64,000 nucleotides of DNA from Sarea resinae (GCA_026026165.1 JAPEUD010000061.1:1-64000); one strand, 5' to 3'; shown: positions 1 through 13,670, counted from the first letter of the stretch. Translations and numbers: made by a program. The notes: generated from the letters alone by a model not told the origin.

Positions 1-266
1 GGGGTATGCTATAGAGTATGCAGTGCGTGTGACGAAGCCGTTGAAAATGAAGTTCAAACCCCCTGCAATTATGCCGTTCATGCCATTCGTGCCAACCGTG
101 CCATCCGTCGCATAAAGGAGAACGCCCCGTCGCCATCGCGGCCAAATGAAACGCCAGTACGAAGCACTCTTTCCTCTCCTGCCCCCGTTCTCTGCCTTCC
201 TCCCATCTTTGCAGACACTTTTCCCCGTCATTTTCCGGTCCTGTCTCGTCCCTCGGCACGGTCAAA

Positions 267-1645
267 TCAAGAATCCCATTTCTTCTCCTCCATGCCATCA
301 GGCGGGCTCGTCTCCACCTTTCCCTTGCCGACCTCGGCCCAGTTCGTACTCAGCGCTGTGCCGTTGCTCTCCTGGTAGCTCTTCATCATGGCGCGGCGCG
401 TGTCTGGGTCCGCGGAGCCGTAGAGCTTGCGGAAGAAGGCATTGACAGGGTCGCCGCCTTCGTCGTCATCGTCTTCCACGTCGTTTTCGTTATCGTCTGC
501 GGCGTTGGTGACGGAATTGTTGGGATCGGCGGTGGAAGCCGGCTTGGCCTTTGGAGGCTTCTTTGTTAGGTCCGCAGCTACCTTGTCCCAATTCTTGGGG
601 CCATGGCGCGAGGAAGTCGGGTACGAGGGCGGTTGGGCCGCTCGCGTCGGGATGTTCGTTATGCTTTCCAGAGGTGTAGCGGCCGTGTGCGCGCTAGGCT
701 CTGATGCGGTGGTCTTGCCGGCGGGCGGAGACGACTCTAAGGCCGACCACTTGCGACCCTGTTCCGCTTTTCTGAGGACGAGCTCGACTTTAGTGGACAT
801 GATTGCGTGAGTGGAGTTGGCCGGGTCAATGGACGCGAACAGTGGCTCGAGGGAGAAATCGAAGGTCGCGCCTGTGGGGAGAGGGAAAGAGACAGAGATC
901 TAGAGGTTCGCGTTAGTTGGTGTGAGGGGTGATCGACGAAGGATGAAAAACAACGTACGGACTGATCGTGGATCTCGACTGTAGTCTTGTCTTTGGGCAC
1001 GCCCTTGGCAAGAAGCGTGACCACCACATTCTCCGCAGTCTGATACCAATCGTGTCTGATCTTATTCGCCGGAGTCTGTACCCCCTCCTGCTTGACAGTA
1101 GTTGTGGCCGCGGCTCCGGCTCCAACCTGACCTGTTCCAGACCCATCTGGCTTTCCCACTGACGCATTCTCCGCCGTTTTCGAGCCAGCAGCATTATGCC
1201 CAGCATCTGTCATGTCGACGTCCGGAATTTCCCGCACAGTAACGATGCCCCTCTTGTCCCCGTCTCCTAGGTCCTTGAGCTTCGCCTGAACCTTGGCCTG
1301 CCAGATGGCAAGACTGGGTTCCTCGTCTTTACCCAGAACAGCGGTGCTAAAGCAGTATCCCGCATCCGCAAACCTCTCGAGACAGAATAGCGCGATCCCT
1401 CTCCTCATTTGTGCTTGTACGATCAACTCTCTCTTTCCCCGCTTATGGGCCAAAACAACCGCTTTCTCTGCGTCGGACAGCGCGGCGGAATAGTTCGAGG
1501 GTGTCACTCGTTGATGCGCCGTCGAACGCTTGATGTAGTAATCCACAGCGGCTGGGTTGGTAGTGAGAGCATTGGTATAATGAGTAATAGCGTCTGTGTA
1601 TTTACCTGCAGCGAGAGCTGAGGCACCACGCGCGGCTTCATCCAT
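267..1645 (-). CDS. SGT1: Sgt1 Hsp90 co-chaperone (TPR-CS-SGS); 2 exons, intron 900-958
   Basis: N-terminal TPRs, CS domain (KIRHDWYQT...) and SGS domain (GDPVNAFFRKLY...RRAMMKSYQESNGTALSTNW). A GTACGT...CTAAC...TAG intron joins the two ORFs in frame. Confidence 0.95.
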
Positions 1646-1814
1646 GGTGGTAGCGGTAAGGCTTCAGTAGCGGTTGAGTGATCTTAATAACGGGGCGAGG
1701 TAGAGAGTTGAAGGGTATGGACTAGAGCAGATGGTCAATTTCATGACAAGCATGTATTTACTCTCTCGTGTGCGGCCGGCGCATTCACTGATGAGGGTGA
1801 TCGCTTCACAAGAA

Positions 1815-1829
1815 TGAATGTTCTGGAAT
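1815..1829. promoter_or_regulatory. Heat shock element (nGAAnnTTCnnGAAn) upstream of SGT1
   Basis: tGAAtgTTCtgGAAt is a perfect 3-unit HSE about 170 bp 5' of the SGT1 ATG. Confidence 0.65.
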
Positions 1830-2067
1830 CCGAAGGGTCGCGGGGCGTGCCGTCATCTACGAATACTCCGTATTTAGCTTCTCTCGCTAGCCATTCGTCA
1901 CTGCACATTTCACTCAAGCCATGAATTCAATGACTGCGTACACGTTCATTCATCATATAGGAATGGAGATATAATGGTTTTCACGGACTTGTTGATTGCT
2001 TCAAAGGGTCCCCAAAACCATTCGCGCCAGGTTTTGATAATTGGTCAACCGTTAATGAGGCCAGCTC

Positions 2068-4586
2068 TTAAGCCAATTCCAGATCCCCAAACCTCCTCGC
2101 AAACATGCCCAGCGCCTTGATTGGGAAGACGAACTTGTAATTTGGATACGAGATCATGCTAGAAAGAATCAGTCAATGACATGCAACCACTCAAAGCCAC
2201 ATGCGTGTGTACTTACCAGGATTTATTGAATACGCCCTCAATAGCCTCCTGGAGCCATTCGCCATTCGGCTGCTGCCTTCCTACAATCATCCTCAGAGCT
2301 TTTTCAATAGGGGCTTTATGGGGATAGTGCGCTTCCATCAGAGCAATGCAAGCCCATGCTGTTTGGACGACTTGGCTTTGTGCGTGCGGTGTGTAGATGC
2401 CGGTTTCGCAACTCTGCGTGTAGATAGAAATATATTTAGTACGTTTTCCTGGGTAAATTATATTCCTACAAAGAGGGACAGGGGAGAAGGGATGGGACTG
2501 TACAGAGCTCGGACAGGCACTTACCTTATACGACTCGCCCCATCCACCGTCGGGCATCTGCTTCTCAAGGAGGAATTGACACGCTCTCCGTACTCTTTCG
2601 GAGTTTTCATACACCTCTCCGACACTTCCCAGACTCTCCAATGCAAACATGCCTGCGTAAGTGAAACATATCCCCCAACTACCATACCAGCTACCATCCG
2701 GTCGTTGCGCGCGACGAATGTACCCCAAAGCGTCCTCCTTGACCTTCCGAATATCCGCACTCCGATAATTCGGATAGTACTCCGTGAAGAGTGACAACGC
2801 AGTGACGACAGCGGTGGTACATTCGGGATAATCATACTCTACCATGATGCGACTAAAGACTTCAGCTGCGTTGAGGTACTCGAGATACTCGGAACCCCGA
2901 GTGGGCTCGTAGGATGAGAAGCCGCCGGAGGGGTTTTGCATCGTCAGAAGCGTATCAATGGCATCACGAATTCGGTCATCAGAAAGAAGCGTAGGATATC
3001 CTGGAATCCTTTGGAGGAGGATGACTGCCTTTAAGGCCTCAGATGTGCAGTCGCTGACAGTGTATCCTTGGGCCTTTGTGCTAAATCCCCAGGCACCTTT
3101 CCTACGTTGGCGGTAGCAAACATCTTGCTCGCGGCAATTCTCTCGAATCTGTTGGGAGTCTAGGAATTCGAGAGCTTTGATGAGCATGGGCTTCCATTTC
3201 GGATCCTCGGCCACGCCTGCTTCAAGAGCGGCCTGGATGAGGAATGATGTGTCCCACGTCTGGACACCGTTCGTCCCGTTCATTAGCATGCCCTCATTCT
3301 TGACCCAGAGAAAGTCGTGTAAGCGCTCTCGGTGTCTCTTGACAGCGTAACTGCCTTCACCCTCTCGTATATAGCAGGCAAGCATATTCATTGGACCGTT
3401 GACCGGGCCCAGGTTGGCAAAGTCGGTATTTTCGTCCTCTCTCTGAATCAGATCATAGGTCCAATCTTCCGCCCTTTTGGCAAGCCAATTGATTCGGAGA
3501 TAGGGGTTCCAAATATTGACGAGGACGGAATTGACAGTATTGAGGAACCAGGATTTGGGATGATAGTTATCCTGGGGGGAGATGCTGTTTCGGTGTTGCA
3601 GAAAGTTCACAGAGGCATAGGGCCGGGTGTAGAGTTCTTCCCGCAATTGGAGGGTGAGTGGAGTAGGTGGGTAAGAGAAGCGTTTGGAGTATATGAAAGA
3701 CATTGGCAAGTAGACTTGACGCATGTGAATCCACCAGCGCCATGGTGCTAAGGGTACCCAGTCAGGCACAAGCCTATTATATAGCACAGCGTTAGCACAA
3801 CCGTGAAGAAAATATCATAGAGCTTCGGACGGCATACCAAAGCTCGGGCGGCACGGGATTGACAGCATCCCATTCACATACGCCTAGCACGGCCAACCAA
3901 AATTTAGCCCAATGTGGACCATTGCCAGCGCCTCCAAGCTTATGCAATGTTCCCCTCGCCCTGGTCAGTCTCGGATGGTCTGCATCCATGCCCAATATTC
4001 TAAGGACGACGTAGTTCATGGCTGTCCCAAAGACCGTGCTCTCGCCCTCGATGTGTAAACCCCATCCACCATCCTCGTTCTGACGCGCGAAGAGATAGTT
4101 CTTGATTTCCACAGCATGCGATCTAGGTATCGGAGTCTCCGTGACGTACCAGGTGATGGCGAGACCTGGAAGAAGAAACATCGGCCCGCCATACTCGCAG
4201 CCCCAATTTCCGGGCGGTAATTGGAGATGGGAAAAGAAAGATAAGGCATTATCGACCGATTGCCGGGAAGACTTTGCAGCTGGCAGTTCAGGAAGGCCCT
4301 GTGCGAAGCTGTAGTGAGCGAAGCAGACGTTCATTAAGGAGGAGCTTCATACAGTGGGTAAACCCAAATGGTACTTGTCGGCGGCAGTCTGGGGCCAATC
4401 CTTGATCTCTTGCTCAGATTGAAGGTAATGCCACGTCTGACGACCGTCCTCATCCAGCAGACGCCACCTTGAATAGTCTGTCTTCTCTTCTAGAGCAGTC
4501 GATGGTGGGATGGTCTGCGGCGCAGATTTCTCGCCGGATTGACGCGCGCCATTGGCATTCAGTGGGAGCTGTTGCTTGCGGACCAT
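2068..4586 (-). CDS. ERG7: Lanosterol synthase (oxidosqualene cyclase); 5 exons, introns ~4299-4352, 3774-3837, 2414-2524, 2159-2216
   Basis: Catalytic SDCTSE motif, QW repeats (QNEDGGWG, QRPDGSWYGSWG, QMPDGGWGES), MNGTNGVQTWD, EYGGPMFLLPG, and last exon MISYPNYKFVFPIKALG. Confidence 0.96.
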
Positions 4587-4899
4587 GATGGACTGTTGTT
4601 AAAAAAGCAATTGAATCGTAGCAATCATAGAATCTATAGATCGTATCGTCAACTCCTTTCCCCCAAAACAATTCATTGGCACTCCATGGATCGAGTGCGC
4701 TCCAGCGGGCGTGTTGGGTGATTCGGTCGGGGCAGATATCAGGCGAGAGCTCGGGCCAGCATGTGGCCTGAATCTCTTGAGCTCTTCCGGGGTACGAAGC
4801 ATGAATACTCTTTATCGATAAGCAATTCACCATTCTTCTTCCCCGCCATCCGGGCACCCCCCCCTTCTCCCTCTCTCTGCTTGAGAGCGTCCCCAGATA

Positions 4900-6593
4900 A
4901 TGGAAACCGATGCTGCTCTCCCCCATGTTCGGATGGCCAGTGACTACAGGCAAGTCAGACGTGGATAGCTAGGTTTTTCTATTAATCAATAAACAGAGAC
5001 CGAGCAGTGACAAAGATAGAAGCCATATTCGAGTCGATCGCCGACAGCATACTGCAGGACGATCCAAGCCTCGCAATCAAGTTGAAGACACGAAACCCTG
5101 GCGGGCGAGTATTCCTCGACCGAGACACTCAAGCTCTTCGGAACAGAGCCGCCCTTGGGGAACGGGTGGTCTGTTTTCCTGGAGCAGATAAACGCGAGGC
5201 TTGGAGATTCAGTACTATGCATACGCTCTTCGGGTCCATGTTTGATTGGCTGAAGGGGTCTCGCAGCTGTACTGGTGCGGATTCTGAGCTTCATGCATGA
5301 GGCTCTGGTCAGCGACTGTGTCACGACCAAAAGGTGGGTCAAGTGTCAGTATCCAGGGGTACTACTGACGGCTACTCGCTTTCACCTGTGACATGCTGAT
5401 AGTGTACTTCCAGGGACATCTTCTACAAAGACCCAGAGCTGTTCTTCAGGCAGAGTGTCGTTGACAGATACGTGGATGACATAGCGCATACATTCGACGT
5501 CCCTCGCGCTCTCCTCAACGTCGTACGTCTACGGTCAGCCCTCCTGTCATATCTGTACTCACCCCCCTCATTCAAAGGTGGCCGCTGCCAAGGGCCTGGT
5601 TATCGGTCCACTCAAGCTGAAGCGCAAAGATGGCTCAGAACTGAACTGTGGAAGCCAGAGCGAAGTATATCACCCATAGCTAAGATCGACTCGATTTTTA
5701 ACCTAATCATTTGTATGTCTGTAGGGCACGCTGATACCCAATATCGACGACCTTGAGCCCATCCAGAATCTCGACGTAGAATGGATTCTTGTTGTTGAGA
5801 AAGAAGTACCGTCCCTCTTCCTAGTCAAGCACCAGTATAGTAAGCCACTAATCAACGCTCTATAGGCAACATTCCGCTCTATCTCGGGCAGCAGATTTTG
5901 GGAGTCCTCGGCCGTAGGTAAAGGAATCGTCCTAACAGTCAGTCCCATTCCTTTCAACGGCAAAGGCCCGCACCCCTACCCCCGCAACCTGTCAGTGCCT
6001 GGCCATACCGCTCACAAACCCCACCCACCAAACAGGCAAAAGGCTACCCCGACCTCTCAAGCCGAGCATTCCTGCGCTTCCTCACCCAGCCGGCCCGCCC
6101 AACCAACCATGACTACCACTCCAAACCAGCCCCGACGCTTCCCCTCCCCGTCTTCGGCCTCGTGGACTTCGACCCGGACGGCCTAGCCATTCTCTCAACC
6201 TACAAGTACGGCTCGCACAACATGGCGCACGAGAACGCCGCACTGAACGTGCCACGCATGCAATGGCTCGGCATCCGCAGCCACGACCTCCTCGCCCCGC
6301 GGCCGGGCACGGACAGTTACGAAGGAATCCAGCACCAGCGCCCCCATTACAGTAGCAGCGCCAGCGCCCACGACGGCGGTAGCGGGATACTAAAGCTAAC
6401 CGCGCGCGACCGGAACCGGGCGACGAAGATGCTCGAATGGGAGATTCTGGCTCAAGACGGGCCCGAGACCGAATGGAGGCGCGAACTGCAGGTGATGCTG
6501 GTCCTGAACGTCAAGGCTGAGATCCAGGTCCTGTGGGAGGCCGAGGAGGGGTTGCTGGGCTGGTTGGAACGGATGCTCCTGATGGCTTCTTGA
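4900..6593 (+). CDS. SPO11: Meiotic double-strand-break transesterase Spo11 (Topo VI-A); ~8 exons
   Basis: Spliced translation gives TKRDIFYKDPELF (catalytic Tyr), VAAAKGL, LVVEKEATF, AKGYPD, DFDPDG (Toprim) and KAEIQ. The start at 4900 relies on a GC-AG first intron (4950-4996). Confidence 0.92.
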
Positions 6594-6859
6594 ATGCCAG
6601 AGGCATGGTGCCACCGGCCACGCAGACGGGCTTGATAAAGATAAATCGCCTGTGTGTTTGTTTGCTGTGCCGTGAAAACTTGGCTTCATGGGCCTGGCAA
6701 TTTTCGGAAAATAAATCTCCTTGCTGGGGGCTAGCTAGCTGAACGCAATCCAAAAGCCATGGACGAAAGCATCGACCAAGTCTACCTTAGTTTCGCAAAA
6801 ACTGCAATTCCATCCATAGCGTAGCGCAGCTTAGATAAGTAGCTCTAGATGCAGACACA

Positions 6860-7570
6860 AATACAGACGCAGACGCAGACGCAGACGCCGACGCCGACAT
6901 CACAAATTTCCCAGAACCTCAACTGAGCATAGAACTCCGCCCGGCATCGTACCAACACACCGACCCATCAACGCACCATACGTATCCATCTACCTACCTA
7001 CCTATCTACCTACCTACCTAACTCCTTCAACCCCATCTCCATTGGCACCTCTATCTCCATCCCCACCTCCACCTCCATCTATCCATCCCTCCATCTCTAC
7101 ATCCTAAACACATACCTACTCCCCAACCTCCACTCCAGACCCCCCATGCATCCAGCCATACAGTCATATGCACATAGTACCTACCTACCACCCACGCAAG
7201 AAGTGATGAATGCCCCTCGGCAGCCTACCTAACCCACAAGACCGCAAGGCCGACCGCAAGGCCGACCGATCGATCGATCCACAGGCTTGACGGTGTCGGC
7301 AGCATCGGCAGCGTCGAGCTACGTACGAGTCGGGTAAGAAGGGGTTGCGGCATTGTGCTCTGCTCTCGTGAGGTGAGGTGTGGGGTGTGATGTTGTTGTT
7401 GTGTGTGTGTGTGTGTTGGGGGGAGAAAGGGGGAAAGGGGGAAAGGGGGAAAGGGGGATAGCGTAATAGTATGCCGCCAAGAGATGGTGGTACGGTATAA
7501 TACGAGATAGAAAGACGCGGCACGAGATCAGATGAGATGAGATGAGATGAGACGAGACGAGACGAGACGA
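6860..7570. repeat. Microsatellite cluster between convergent SPO11 and SWA2
   Basis: (GACGCA)n, (CTAC)n, (GT)n, (GGGGGAAA)n and (GAGAT/GAGAC)n tracts are visible. Confidence 0.85.
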
Positions 7571-7725
7571 GGATGATAAGAATGACATTGGCAATCCGGC
7601 TGTTAGATAGTCGTCTAATTCTCTCTATAAAAACCAGCCCCCTTCCACTCTTCCCCCCGCCACCTCTCCGTCCCTCAAGGGGGAAAAAAAGGGGGGGGAA
7701 GGAAGAGGTCGCTATCGAAGAGCCA

Positions 7726-10700
7726 CTAAAGTCCGTTCTCCGTCTTGAATTTATCCCACGCCTCGTTGAGAGTGCTGAAGACAGCGGCACTGATCATCTT
7801 CTGTTCCGTCGTCGCAGATTGAGGGAGCTGTTTTCCGGTTTCGTAGGAAATCCCGTCAGCGCCCGAGCTCATCAATCAAAGATACTCGCAAAGAAAGTAG
7901 AGAAAAGGGAATGCGCCGTACCTTATCCGGATGCACCTTGCCGATCCCCCGCATATACGCCACCTTGACTTTCCCAGGCACGACGAGCTCGTGCATACCG
8001 ACCTTTTTCCAGCCGGCCTCGGCCCAAAGTACCGTATCCAGACTCCCTAATAGAGCCCGCAAATTATCCTGCTTGCCCGCTTTCCAGGCGTTCAGTCGCG
8101 CGTCAACGCCGTCCATGAGAGCAAACTTTTCGTCGTCGGCGCGCTCGGCGGCTGCGTTAGCGGCCCGTAGACGTGCCACTGCTTCTGCGTTTGTGGTGGT
8201 GGATGTAGAAGGGGCAGGGATGTTTTTCGCTGGCGCGACGGGCGCTCTTTTCGTCGCGGGTGGAGGCCGGCGAGCAGACGACGCAGCGGGCACGGCTGAC
8301 TTGACAGAGGTGGCCTTCTCGCATCGGTTGCGACCTTGGATGGAAGTTGCGCCGCCGACACCGGCCTCGACCGCCGTTTGCCAGACTTTACCTGCGTCGG
8401 TCCATTTCTCCATCTGTTCCAGGGCTTCCGCTTTGCGAGTGAGGGCTTTGCCGTAGAATTCACGCATGTCTTTGCCTGGCTCGGAGTCGGTTAGAGAAAT
8501 TTTCTCGTCTTCGCCAAGGGAGGGGCCAATGATAGTGAGGGCTTGGTCTGCATCAGCGACGGCAGCTTTTGGGTCGCCCACTTTTAGGTTGGTGAGGGCA
8601 CGATTGCAGAGAAGTATTATGGTTATGGGGTGGGCGGATGGTAGGGGGGAAAGTGCGTTGGTGTAGTGTGTGTGGGCCGTCGTGTAATCGCCTCGTTTGT
8701 AAGCTTCTGTGCCTTTCTCCCGTTGGGCAGTAGATGTCGAGAGAGCAGATGGAGTTAGAGATGGGATCTGGCGAGTTGGAGCCTTCGGTCGAGTAGGTAG
8801 TGGTGTCGATGGTTTCGATAACGGGGTAGATGCTCTTGGTTTGAAAGGATTCCGAGACGGTTCGGGCGCTGGTGATTGCCTATTCTTAGGGTAGTCACCA
8901 AATAACAGGTCCGGCTCGGGATCTGAGGGCTTAGGCGTAGCCTTTTTCCGCCTTGCAGGGCTAATATACGCTTGAGCGCTCTGCTCCTCGACCGCCTGTC
9001 GGCTAAGCCTGGAGCTAGGCCTCGAGATCTCTCGTTGTTGATGCTGAAGAAACCTTGGCGGAGCAGTCGATCGATCTGGAGGAGGTGTTGGACGTCCGGG
9101 TAATGCCTCTCTCGAGGGGACCGGAGACGGTCCTGAGCGATCCAAATCCTCATGTTTTGGTCGAGTGTGTCTATGTGGATGCGATCTTGCATCGCCCGAT
9201 TCAAGCATCATGGCCTCAGTAGTAATATTAGCATCTGCTATTTGCTTGTCCGAGGCCGTTGGTTTGGGAACCCTTGATTCATGCTCCCTGCGCCCTTGAA
9301 CACCTTCGATAACCTGATCTACCGAATCTTGCTCGGCGTGCTGTCTTCGACCTCGAGCTTCTAGTTGGGCCTCCCGCATCCACTTCGGCTGGCTAGGGTC
9401 AAGGTCGTGATTAAATTCTGCAACAGCGCTCTGCACTGTTTTCTGTCCTGTCTTCCAGAGAGAATTGGCCGACTTGAAGAGAGTATTTCCAATTTCAGAA
9501 GCATATTGGGAGAAATCTTTCTCGGCATTTGACGGTGATGCGCTGTCCTCTCTCCGCCGTGTGGAGCTCGATTGACGCCCTTGCCGTCTCATCCAAGCGG
9601 GGACAGCCTCATCGCCATCGTTTTCCCTTCGCCTTCGGTCCGTGCTATCCTGGCGTTCCGTCCTGCCAGGACGGGCTCGATCATCCGTTCTTCCACCCCG
9701 ATCGCCGCCCCTAGCTTTCTGCTTCGCTTCTTCGTGAGCTTGATTCAGTAGCCAGCTCACTGCCGATTGAACATCTGTTCCATCCGGAGTCTGTTCTAAG
9801 GCTCGTTTGGCCTTTTCGGCGGGAAATCCCATATCAACCAGTTCTGCGACTGCTTTGTCTTGAGGCCCCTCACCTCCATGTTGGTGGGTCGTGTCCCTTT
9901 CTGGGATTTGCTGGATTTGGGGAGAGGGAGATTTAGGTGGCGGCAACTCTGATATAGGTTTTCCTAATAATCCTAGAACATCGTCGTCGTCATCTGTCGA
10001 CGCCACCTTTGCTTCCGTGCCCGACCTTGCAGGAGGCAGACGACCAAGCCCAAAGGGATCATCATCGTCCACGCCGAGTGCTCCGTCAGCACTATTTCCA
10101 GAAGATAATCCCATGCTTCCCGGCGTACGTCTTTCATTTCCAATCACCGACGGAGGAGGAAAATGGCTGGAGGGATCTACAGGAGCAGCGGAGGAAAAGG
10201 CTGAAAGTAGATCGCCATCATCACTTGGCGTTGCTGACTGGTCGGGGCGAGATCCCAAAGCTGCAAAGGGCTTGTTTATAGAGGTAGAAAGCTTCTTCCC
10301 CATCGTGCTCTGATCCCCACTGGGGCTCGCTGGCGATGCCGCTTCATTGCGCCCTTCCCTTCCATTACTCAACGCATCCCATTGCGAATCATGCACGCCA
10401 AATTGAGCATCAAATTGCTTTCTGCGCTCCTCCGCTTCCTTTGCCTTCCGTTCTAGCAGTATCTTCTGCTGCTCCTGTAAAGAGAGGTTCTTGGTCAGAT
10501 GCGAGGAGCCAAACGAGACTAGACCCGAGAAGCTGTCATTTGCCGGTGTCGACGACTTCGTAGGCACTTTGCTGCCGGTAGAAGACGCATTTTTGAGCCC
10601 ACCAGAAGCCTGGACCGATAGCGGAGTCGATCGCCCGGACACGACTGGCGGCGAGGCGGGTTTGAAGGCTGACAGGTACGAGGCAGAGGCAGAAGCAGGG

Positions 10701-10765
10701 TTCAGCGGAGGTGGTTTGTTATTATTTGGCTGTGACGACCAGTCGAGACCGGCGAGGTCGTCCAT
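7726..10765 (-). CDS. SWA2: Auxilin-like clathrin uncoating factor (UBA + TPR + J domain); intron 7828-7921
   Basis: UBA (AELVDMGFPAEKAKRALE), TPR (EKGTEAYKRGDY...NRALTNLKVG), J domain with HPDK and last exon LPQSATTEQKMISAAVFSTLNEAWDKFK. Confidence 0.9.
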
Positions 10766-11667
10766 GATGCCTATCGAGTAAGACCAGAGGAACTAACAGA
10801 CATGGAATGAAGAACAAGAATAACGAGAGGAGAGACGATTCAAAGGTCAGGTATGAGCTTTCAATTCATCAGAACATCAATCAGTGATGGAGGTGAATGA
10901 GCGTCAGGGCTATCCCAGGGTCATTCTCCTAGGTGTACTCCGTCAGGCACCGACAATCAGGTACCGTTTGGTAAGAGAAGCAACTATCTGCAGCCAAATA
11001 GTAGCAGAGCGTAATCGGCAATACTTGAGGACGACATGCAATGAAGTACTTGATGCTCCCTACGCGACTATCATTCCCAGATCAGATAAGCATTCAACAC
11101 AACAATAATCTAATTATAGGCAAGCCGCCTTCATACTCCGGTGCATATTTACAAAAGCAGTCCACTTGATTTCATATAGAAATCAGCGGGACGCAAATCT
11201 CAGGGAAAGCTTCTAAAATATTTTACACTTATAGCATATACAGCCAGCTGGATACACGCATAGATGGAAGGCGACAAGACCTACGTGAGCGACACTGTAA
11301 CATAAGAGCAGGAAAGAAAGCGGAGAAGAGCACAGCAAAATGGAAAAGTGGACGCCTAAATGCAGCGCAAGGAAAAGCGAGGGTGAGGGTGAAACGTTGA
11401 GGTGCAAGAAAGGGGGTATCTCAACAGATATATCGAAACAATAATGTTACGAGAGACCGACCATATAATAGACAAGACACCAGCATGAGAAGGAAACCCC
11501 GAGACTTCTAAAGAAAAAGTACTAAAGACGACCAACAAACGACAGCGAAGAAAAGGTCAATCAGCAGAGAACAGCCAGCCTCCGCTCCTTGTAGCTCCAA
11601 ATACCCCAAATTCTCCCTTGCTTTGCCTTCGCATGCTGAATTTATGACGACAAAACTCGACGTGTCC

Positions 11668-12851
11668 TTAGTTCATCTCCCCTACCATCTCCGCCCCAGC
11701 AATCCTTTCCCTCTCATTCGCATCCTTTAATCTTTTCTCCGCCTCCTCGGATGCGGGATGTGGCGTTCCCCGAGGGCCCGTACCCCGCGGATATACCTCA
11801 CCCGTGATATCGAGATTGGCAAAGTCATTGCGGGCAGTGAGGACATTGATACGAGCGGTATTAAAAGCGGCTTCCCCTGGAGGTGCAACAACCTGGACGT
11901 AGGTGTTTGTGGTGAGGCGTGCGATGAAGAAGTTGAAGCGAGAAGTTTTGATCATGAATTCTGCGAATTGTGGAGATGAACGGGGCAGATGGGTGTGCCT
12001 CCTGTGATTTGGTTAGGTTGGGTGACGGTGTTGTGGGGGGAGGGGAGACGACTTACGATAGAGATTGCTTGAACGTCTTGATAATAGTAGACAAACGCTC
12101 GAAGCGGTCTTGACACGGATTCTGTGCACCAATAGGACCAGTGACAGACGTGACTACCAAGAAAGTTGTCCTTTCGAAGAGGATAATCTCCTCCGCATCA
12201 ACGGCGGTCGCCAATTCTCTCAAATACCCTTCCAGCACGTCGAGATTTGGAATGAGCGTGTAGATGATATTCGCCCACGCCTTGTACAGCGTCTGATCCC
12301 AGATACTAGTGGCGAAACTCGTAATGCTGAAGCCCTCCGAACGGTCTTTGATGTATGCAGTGCGCTCTTCGAACAATTTGACGCGGTATTCGGCTTGCAC
12401 GAGGTCCATTTTGTGGATGAGGCAGAAGACAGAGGCGTTGGGACTGTGCTCTTTGAGCGCACGGACAACAGCTGCATAGGTGACCATGTCTCGGTCGAAT
12501 TCGCGCGATTCAATGTCGAAAACGTAGATGAGGACGCCCACATTGGAAAAGACGTGGTCTCGCTGAGAGGCAAGATAATTTTCCATGAAGGCATCTTGCC
12601 TGGAGAACAGAGTCAGCGACAGAACACAAAGAGGAGGAAACGCGCACATACCCTCCGCAGTCCCAGAGATTGAGAGTCAGATTCCCAAGAAATTTGACAT
12701 GGCTATGCTCGACATCGATGGTCGCGCCTAGACGACGAGCATCTTTGGCGACGTAATTGCTGAAGATGATGGATCGCATGGACGTCTTGCCCGAGCCACT
12801 CTTCCCCATGAGCAAAACCTTCTTCTTCTTGGCTTTCTTGTCGTACTCCAT
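11668..12851 (-). CDS. GTR1: Rag GTPase Gtr1/RagA; introns 12600-12651 and 12002-12056
   Basis: [41 protein letters not shown] and TSIWD. Confidence 0.96.
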
Positions 12852-13670
12852 AGTTGTTCAGAATACTGATTTGTCCCGGCTTGCTAGCTGTGCAGACAGA
12901 AAGGTGTGTTGAGGTGGTCAGACGGATACAAGGCCAGTTGGTATTGTATCACGCGAGCTTCAATCGTCGAGATATATGTACGGATAGAGTCGAAGTCGTC
13001 TTGGCAGCATTGAATTGACTGGAAAATGTTGGCAATGATTCGCAATAAGAAAAGATGGAGATGAATACTATGCGATTGGGATGATTGGAATCGATTGTGA
13101 ATCACAAGCTGCTGTCATTTCGCAGACGTAATTGCAAGTTACAGCTCCTCCTACTAAGGGCCGAAGGAGACAAGCGTGGGCCGAGGGCTTTTGGGGTCGT
13201 GCGGCTCTGCGGATGATCCCTAGATCGAGTCCATTTGCCGGTGACGTCGGCCATGCGGGCAGAGCAGTCTCTCACCTTTATCCCGATTAAGCGGGCTCAA
13301 GGGCACAGGCCACCGAACCCTAAGGCAATGTTGGTGGTAATGGCTACCAACTACTCGAAGGTTTACTGGATGCCTGACTTTTTCAAAGCAATCATGATTC
13401 TAGCAATATAACTATTGTTGAATTAGAAAGGTGTGGGGACTGCTCTAGATAGACCTCTTGGTCAATTATGGACAAGAAGAAAGAACATATGTAAAATGAG
13501 TCCCATCAAGCCAGTCCAGCCCAATATTCGCCTACCATCGCATCACAGCAACAATGAAATTTCCCTAGTATCTTTGCGGATTGCTTGAAAGCATACGTCT
13601 CGTGCATGCGTCAAGAGCAAAGAGAAGCGAATGAGAAAAAAAGCAAAGCCGACGTGAAGGCGGAGGGTAT

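Noticed and set aside
2068..6593. Triterpene secondary-metabolite cluster around the oxidosqualene cyclase
   Set aside because: No P450s or tailoring enzymes nearby; the flanks are housekeeping genes and the sequence fits primary ERG7.
7911..10781. Long antisense ORFs over SWA2 (similar ones over OPI1, HSX11, RLF2 and the aminopeptidase)
   Set aside because: Shadow ORFs caused by GC-rich codon usage of the real genes.
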